From: a virus | Taxonomy: Duplodnaviria; Caudoviricetes | Virus record (IMG/VR): IMGVR_UViG_3300048592_000232 | Coordinates: 1 to 60,804 of that record | DNA length: 60,804 nt | Strand: one strand, 5' to 3' | In this document: piece by piece, positions 56,430 through 60,804 of the stretch | Layout: each line of letters begins with the position of its first letter | How positions within the stretch are numbered: position 1 is the first letter of the stretch | Notes under the pieces: generated by a model | What the model was told of the DNA's origin: nothing | Databases searched by the model: none | What the model saw: the letters and a program-made list of their open reading frames with translations, nothing else | Position numbers and translations under genes: made by a program

Positions 56430-58076
56430 TTACGTCAAGCCATTCTCGGCGTCCCATTCCTTGAAGCAGTCCGAAATGTAGCCCCGGCCATACTCCATGT
56501 TGTGTTCGGCGCGCAGCCAGTTCCGAAAATCCGCCTGGCTGTATTCCGGGTAACGGTTGCGCCACTCGAAAATAACTTCACGCTTGGGCGCAGTTCGTGG
56601 ATTGGGGATTTCGCCAGCGTAGGCAACGTCCCATTCCGGCGCAAGGCTGACCGGCTCAGCAGCAACCGAAGGGGCGACCGGCGCACCGTCCATCAATGCC
56701 GGGAATGCCGTCTTCGGCGTGGCAGCCAGCAGCCCGGCGCACGTGCCCGCCATGTCGAACGAGCGATATTTATCATCACGCAGGTAGAATTCGCCAACGT
56801 CCAGGTTGCCCGCCTTGGGCGCGCTGACCTTGGCTCCCTTGCCGCCGTCAATCTGGAAGACGTACTTCGTCTTGGCGTTGACCAGGGTCTGATCAGGCCA
56901 GAGGTTGGGGTACTGGTCAAAGAGCATAATGTGAATGCCGGTCTTCCGGCTCTTCCGCATCAATTCGTCAAGGATGTCATTCACCCTGCCTTTGTCGCCA
57001 CTGCGCTGGCCGAACGATTGCAGCAGCGAACCGTATTCCTCGACGATCACGAAGATGCGCGGGTTGTCGGCATAGACCGCTGCGTCTGCCTCGATGGAGT
57101 CCAGATCGTGTCGCAGCAATATCTGGTCGCGGCGCGCCTTCTCCGCTGCGACGGCGACAAGCTGATCCTCGAAGACGCCTGAATCCGTCTCATGCCACTC
57201 CGCATGACCGGCAAAGCGGCGCCAGTCTACGCCGCCGTCAGCGTCCAGGATGATCAGCCGCCCGCCCGAGCGCAACGCGTGCAGCGCCATCAAGTAACCG
57301 ATTGACTTAGTCTTGCCGCTGCCTGTCGCGCCAACTATCGCCGCGTGTACGTCCGTGGCTGGACGGAAAACCGCGTACCCGGCGCTTCCTTCCTCCTGAC
57401 CCAGAATCCAGTAGTCAGGACGGCTCGCGCGCAGCGCAGCTTCACCATTCAGCAAACGCGGGTTGAAGTCGCCCGGCTCGATGACGCCGTTCGGCGTGGT
57501 AGCCGCCGTCAACAGTTTCGGTGGTTTGGCTGCCGACAAGGTCTTGCCGGGCGACTTCGGCATTTGCGACATGTGTCCATACTTGTCCATGCGCGCCACG
57601 TCACCGGGAAATACCGAGCGCGCCGTGTTCGTCTTCTCCTGTTCCAGCTTCAACGCCAGCCGCCGATCTGCGCCGTACTCAGGATTGCTGAAGGTCGTCA
57701 ATCCCTGTCGGCTGATGACCGCAAAGTCATCGAAAGTGGTGTTGGGATTCCAGTACGCCACGACGCCGTTGCCGAGCTTGCGCTCGATCAGCGGGAATGC
57801 GCCATCCTCCATGCGCAACCGCCGCACCCGCCCACCCTGGTAGGCGTTCCACGCCTTGACCGCAAAGTACGTGACTGCCACGCCAGCACCCAACGAACCC
57901 GTTACGACGATGGTGTAGGTGACAGCCTCGAAGCCGAAAATGAGCACAGCGCCCAGCGCGTCGAAGAACGAACCGACGTTGTCGGTCGCCGCGTCAATAC
58001 GCTCCGAGCGCGTCGCACCAAACGACATGATGACGATCAGGAGGAAGCTAAAGAGGGAAAGCGAAAACCACTTCAT
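56430..58076 (-). CDS. Membrane-anchored FtsK/HerA-superfamily ATPase with C-terminal HTH-like domain
   Basis: N-terminal TM helices; GATGSGKT; IVEEY; RKSRKTGIHIMLFDQ. Confidence 0.8.
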   Translation of the reverse strand: MKWFSLSLFSFLLIVIMSFGATRSERIDAATDNVGSFFDALGAVLIFGFEAVTYTIVVTGSLGAGVAVTYFAVKAWNAYQGGRVRRLRMEDGAFPLIERKLGNGVVAYWNPNTTFDDFAVISRQGLTTFSNPEYGADRRLALKLEQEKTNTARSVFPGDVARMDKYGHMSQMPKSPGKTLSAAKPPKLLTAATTPNGVIEPGDFNPRLLNGEAALRASRPDYWILGQEEGSAGYAVFRPATDVHAAIVGATGSGKTKSIGYLMALHALRSGGRLIILDADGGVDWRRFAGHAEWHETDSGVFEDQLVAVAAEKARRDQILLRHDLDSIEADAAVYADNPRIFVIVEEYGSLLQSFGQRSGDKGRVNDILDELMRKSRKTGIHIMLFDQYPNLWPDQTLVNAKTKYVFQIDGGKGAKVSAPKAGNLDVGEFYLRDDKYRSFDMAGTCAGLLAATPKTAFPALMDGAPVAPSVAAEPVSLAPEWDVAYAGEIPNPRTAPKREVIFEWRNRYPEYSQADFRNWLRAEHNMEYGRGYISDCFKEWDAENGLT

Positions 58077-58079
58077 GGG

Positions 58080-58541
58080 CTAATCCCGGAACATGTCGCC
58101 GAACACGTCGAAGATTGCTTCAATCGGCGTTCTTGCCCGTGTCCGCTTGCCACCCTCCCAGGGAGGAGGTAAGCGACCGTTATGTTTGGCCGCCCACTGC
58201 ACGTTACGCGTATCCAACATCTTCGTTGTCAGCGACAAACCAGCCCGACAGAGCACGTACTCGGCAAGCCGCGCTTGTTTGCGGTTGACCCACATCCACC
58301 TATGCATCTCGCGCCGCTTCTTCCCGTCCCTGTCAGGCACAAGATGGACGGCAATCGCGCGCCCATGCGCATGAATGTTGTACCGGCGCAAGACATCCTC
58401 GACCGCATAGCCGCTGGTATCGATCCAGCCAAACTTCTGTAGCCTGCCATACCGCAGCAGACCATACAGGAAGTCCAGCCAACCGATAATGTCCATCCTG
58501 AAGAGCGTATTTTCGATAGCAACCATCGATTCTTGACTCAT
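58080..58541 (-). CDS. Hypothetical basic protein co-transcribed with the FtsK-like gene
   Basis: RBS AAAGGGGAG; promoter TTGATT-17-TATTCT at 58620-58592. Confidence 0.6.
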   Translation of the reverse strand: MSQESMVAIENTLFRMDIIGWLDFLYGLLRYGRLQKFGWIDTSGYAVEDVLRRYNIHAHGRAIAVHLVPDRDGKKRREMHRWMWVNRKQARLAEYVLCRAGLSLTTKMLDTRNVQWAAKHNGRLPPPWEGGKRTRARTPIEAIFDVFGDMFRD

Positions 58542-58674
58542 TTTCTCCCCTTTGCGTGCTGAAAAGGCGTCATAAGCCGCCCATACATGACAGAATATCA
58601 CCCCATGCAATAAAAATCAAGCATTTTTGGATTACTTGCTGCAAATTTATCGTTTTTGGTCATGTTTATGAGCG

Positions 58675-58715
58675 AAAAAGAAAGCCGCAGGCACAAAACC
58701 CACGGCTTTTTCTTG
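58675..58715. terminator. Bidirectional terminator-like hairpin
   Basis: aaaaagaaagccg...cggctttttctt. Confidence 0.6.
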
Positions 58716-58820
58716 GCTTCCTACCAGTCTGTACGCAAAACCTGGTAGGCGTTGACTCGATTCCACTGACGACGGTAAAGGAGAGTAAACCACCGTGCGC
58801 ACCTAACTATCGAGCGCCAG

Positions 58821-59510
58821 CTAGGTGTCTTTCTTCGTGTGCTTCAACCCGTACTCACGCTCCATCTCCAGTTCTTCGGCATAGCAATCGTCGCAAAGCA
58901 TCAACGTGTCGGTGTGACTGCGAATCGTGACGGCGATCTTGTGCCTTGCCGGTCTTCCGCAGTCACACCAGCCCAACGAATCGACGCCCCACAGATAGGA
59001 AGGGCGCTCCCCGCGCCCACGCTGCTGGTATTCGTAGCAGACCCGACACAACCCCCTCGACGGTCGTCCACGCCCAGCACGGACGCCAGACCCAAGCGGA
59101 TACCCACAGTTCCGGCACCGTTCAGGACGGTCATACCAGCGACGCGGACGCGGGCGACCGGTGGCGTGCTGATAGTTGTAGCAAGAGTTGCATAGCCCCT
59201 TGACGGACGCAACCTGACGGCGACAATTCTTGCATATCCCGCCCGCCCTGGGACGCCTGTCAGCCTCGGTGCGTATTCGTCCATTCTTGTAGAAGAAGCT
59301 GCGACAGGTGTTGCACATGCCGTTGCTTCTGTGCCCCTTTTGCAGTGGGCCTCCGCAGTTGACGCATTCCGTTACATCCTGGTACTTGCACTTCGCTTCC
59401 GGGCGCATCACGCCGTGCCTCTTCCAGTACCGGTAGCAGTTATTGCACATGCCGTGCGCTTTGTGTTCGTGCGCGCCGCAATTGATGCAGACTCGAATTG
59501 GTTCCGTCAT
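58821..59510 (-). CDS. Multi-zinc-finger protein with four GATA-like CxNC...G(M/L)CxxC(Y)...G..RP repeats
   Basis: CINCG..GMCNNCYRYWKRHGVMRP; CVNCG..GMCNTC; CKNC..GLCNSCY..GRPRP; CRNCG..GLCRVCY..GERP. Confidence 0.75.
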   Translation of the reverse strand: MTEPIRVCINCGAHEHKAHGMCNNCYRYWKRHGVMRPEAKCKYQDVTECVNCGGPLQKGHRSNGMCNTCRSFFYKNGRIRTEADRRPRAGGICKNCRRQVASVKGLCNSCYNYQHATGRPRPRRWYDRPERCRNCGYPLGSGVRAGRGRPSRGLCRVCYEYQQRGRGERPSYLWGVDSLGWCDCGRPARHKIAVTIRSHTDTLMLCDDCYAEELEMEREYGLKHTKKDT

Positions 59511-59511
59511 G

Positions 59512-60297
59512 CTAGAAAATGCTTGGCTGTAATTCCGCCATGAGTTGCTTCTTGGTTTTGGCCAGTTGCCTCCAAACCTTCAGCCCTTTGTCCGTATCCA
59601 TCCGGTAAAATCCAGCCTTCTCCCACTCAGGCGCGTTCGCCCAGTTTGTACCCACGAGCAACGACCATTGGTGCCTGGCGTGAGGCTCCCTGACAAGCCA
59701 CGTTCGCTTGTTGACCCGCGCCAGCAATGAATCAAGCGCAATGTCATCGTAGTTTTCTTTCTGAATCATCCGCTTCAACGAAGCTGCCGCAATGTTGACA
59801 ATCAAATCCGTGCGGTTGAACGATTGTCTGGAGAACATGTCAACCAACATATCGATGGGCAACTTCGCATCGTTCGGATCGGCGTAGACATACCCAAACC
59901 GTTCGGCGCCAAAGTACCCCGGCAAGGTCGGCGGTAGCGTGATCTCATTGTCACCCTGCAACACCGTGACCTTGTTGTCGAGCACGAAGTGTCGCTGCAA
60001 ATCTGCCGCATTGTCGGCGCGCAGTTCACACAGTACCGCCCTGTAACTCAAGCCATGCTGTCTGGCTCTGGTGACGCCCAAAACGGCGCTACCGATGATC
60101 CGCTCGCCTGTATCCTCATCGACATATTCGCTGCGCGCTGCGTTCAAGTCGTAGATCCAAAAATATGGATTGCAATTACGCCACCTTGCCATGCTGCGCT
60201 TGGCGACGGGCATCAGGATGTCAAGGATTCCCACAAAATGTTTTTGCTTTGTCGCTGTTTCTGGGCTTGTACAAATACCATATCGGTTCTTGCCCAT
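59512..60297 (-). CDS. Three-Cys-motif partner protein (TcmP-like, SAM-dependent methyltransferase fold)
   Basis: T..KQ, YDLNA, GSAV, LCE, GDN, YADPN, TDLIVN; directly downstream of DUF5131 as in known pairs. Confidence 0.65.
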   Translation of the reverse strand: MGKNRYGICTSPETATKQKHFVGILDILMPVAKRSMARWRNCNPYFWIYDLNAARSEYVDEDTGERIIGSAVLGVTRARQHGLSYRAVLCELRADNAADLQRHFVLDNKVTVLQGDNEITLPPTLPGYFGAERFGYVYADPNDAKLPIDMLVDMFSRQSFNRTDLIVNIAAASLKRMIQKENYDDIALDSLLARVNKRTWLVREPHARHQWSLLVGTNWANAPEWEKAGFYRMDTDKGLKVWRQLAKTKKQLMAELQPSIF

Positions 60298-60300
60298 CGA

Positions 60301-60804
60301 TTACGCTCCCACCGGGTATTCACGCACACGTTGCTCAATGCCCAGGTTGGTCTTCATGTAGACCGGCAAGTCGAGCGCCTTCGCTTGCGTCCACAGATGT
60401 ACGATCCATTCAAACGGCGGACGATGCTCAGGCGTCTGCGTTGATTTGCTGGACCCGCCCATGATGACCCAATCGAACATGCCCAAGCTGCCGAAGGTCA
60501 AACGTTCCATCATCGGCTCGCAGGATAGCCAAGCAATCCCTTCATATCCGCCATTGCGAATCTTGGTAAAAGCCTTCTGTGCACGGTCAACCGTATACTG
60601 CCAGTCAACGGTCGTCCCGATCCAGCTATTCTTGGGAAATTGAAACTCCGCCATCCGCACGGGGAACTTGGTCAGAAAGAGGAATGTCCATTGTGGGTTA
60701 TCCCACGCCTGCTGTAACACGGCATCGATCCAGGCGGTAGGCACCCACTTACCGAACAAATCCGCCATGCTGCACACGAACACGTTGCGCTTGGCCATGC
60801 GCAA
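60301..60804 (-). CDS. 3' part of the join-spanning DUF5131 protein
   Basis: VFVCSMADLFG, FLFLTK, WLSCEP, DWVIMGG, VYMKTNL. Confidence 0.88.
   Translation of the reverse strand: MRMAKRNVFVCSMADLFGKWVPTAWIDAVLQQAWDNPQWTFLFLTKFPVRMAEFQFPKNSWIGTTVDWQYTVDRAQKAFTKIRNGGYEGIAWLSCEPMMERLTFGSLGMFDWVIMGGSSKSTQTPEHRPPFEWIVHLWTQAKALDLPVYMKTNLGIEQRVREYPVGA

Noticed and set aside
60678-60804. 127-bp terminal direct repeat as biological genome termini
   Set aside because: It falls mid-gene and equals a common assembler k-mer length, so it indicates circularity only
1-60804. tRNA, rRNA, tail sheath, spanins, DNA polymerase
   Set aside because: None recognised by eye; tRNAscan-SE and HMM searches are needed to confirm absence

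Overview
The window is a complete circular genome of about 60,677 bp from a temperate siphovirus-type tailed phage. Bases 1-127 exactly repeat 60678-60804, which is an assembly overlap, and one gene reads across the join. The genome has four parts. (1) A lysogeny switch at 3.0-5.4 kb: large serine integrase, XRE repressor and a divergent cro-like gene. (2) A rightward early/accessory arm at 5-26 kb: intein-containing SF2 helicase, RecA/AAA_25 helicase, SSB-like protein, resolvase, MazG-like, ASCH-like, DUF5131, C5 DNA methyltransferase, PAPS-reductase family and Mom-like genes. (3) A leftward arm running from the primase across the join: DUF5131-TcmP pair, a multi-zinc-finger protein and a membrane FtsK-like ATPase. 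(4) Terminase, portal, head, tail, tape measure and fibre genes, continuing leftward. The most unusual signals are mostly non-coding or hidden. They are: a candidate ~130-nt small RNA whose loops are complementary to a motif shared by several phage 5' leaders and to their RBSs; two ~120-130-nt hairpins in opposite orientation plus a duplicated 73-bp block with 11-bp-phased arrays; a dense TGCA motif field across three genes, starting in a membrane-anchored HTH gene; a membrane-anchored CHAT (caspase-like) protease with its own promoter inside the tail module; and GATA-like zinc fingers. No endolysin is recognisable. The host may be a filamentous Chloroflexota, but that is a weak inference. All family calls come from motif recognition by eye, with no database searches.
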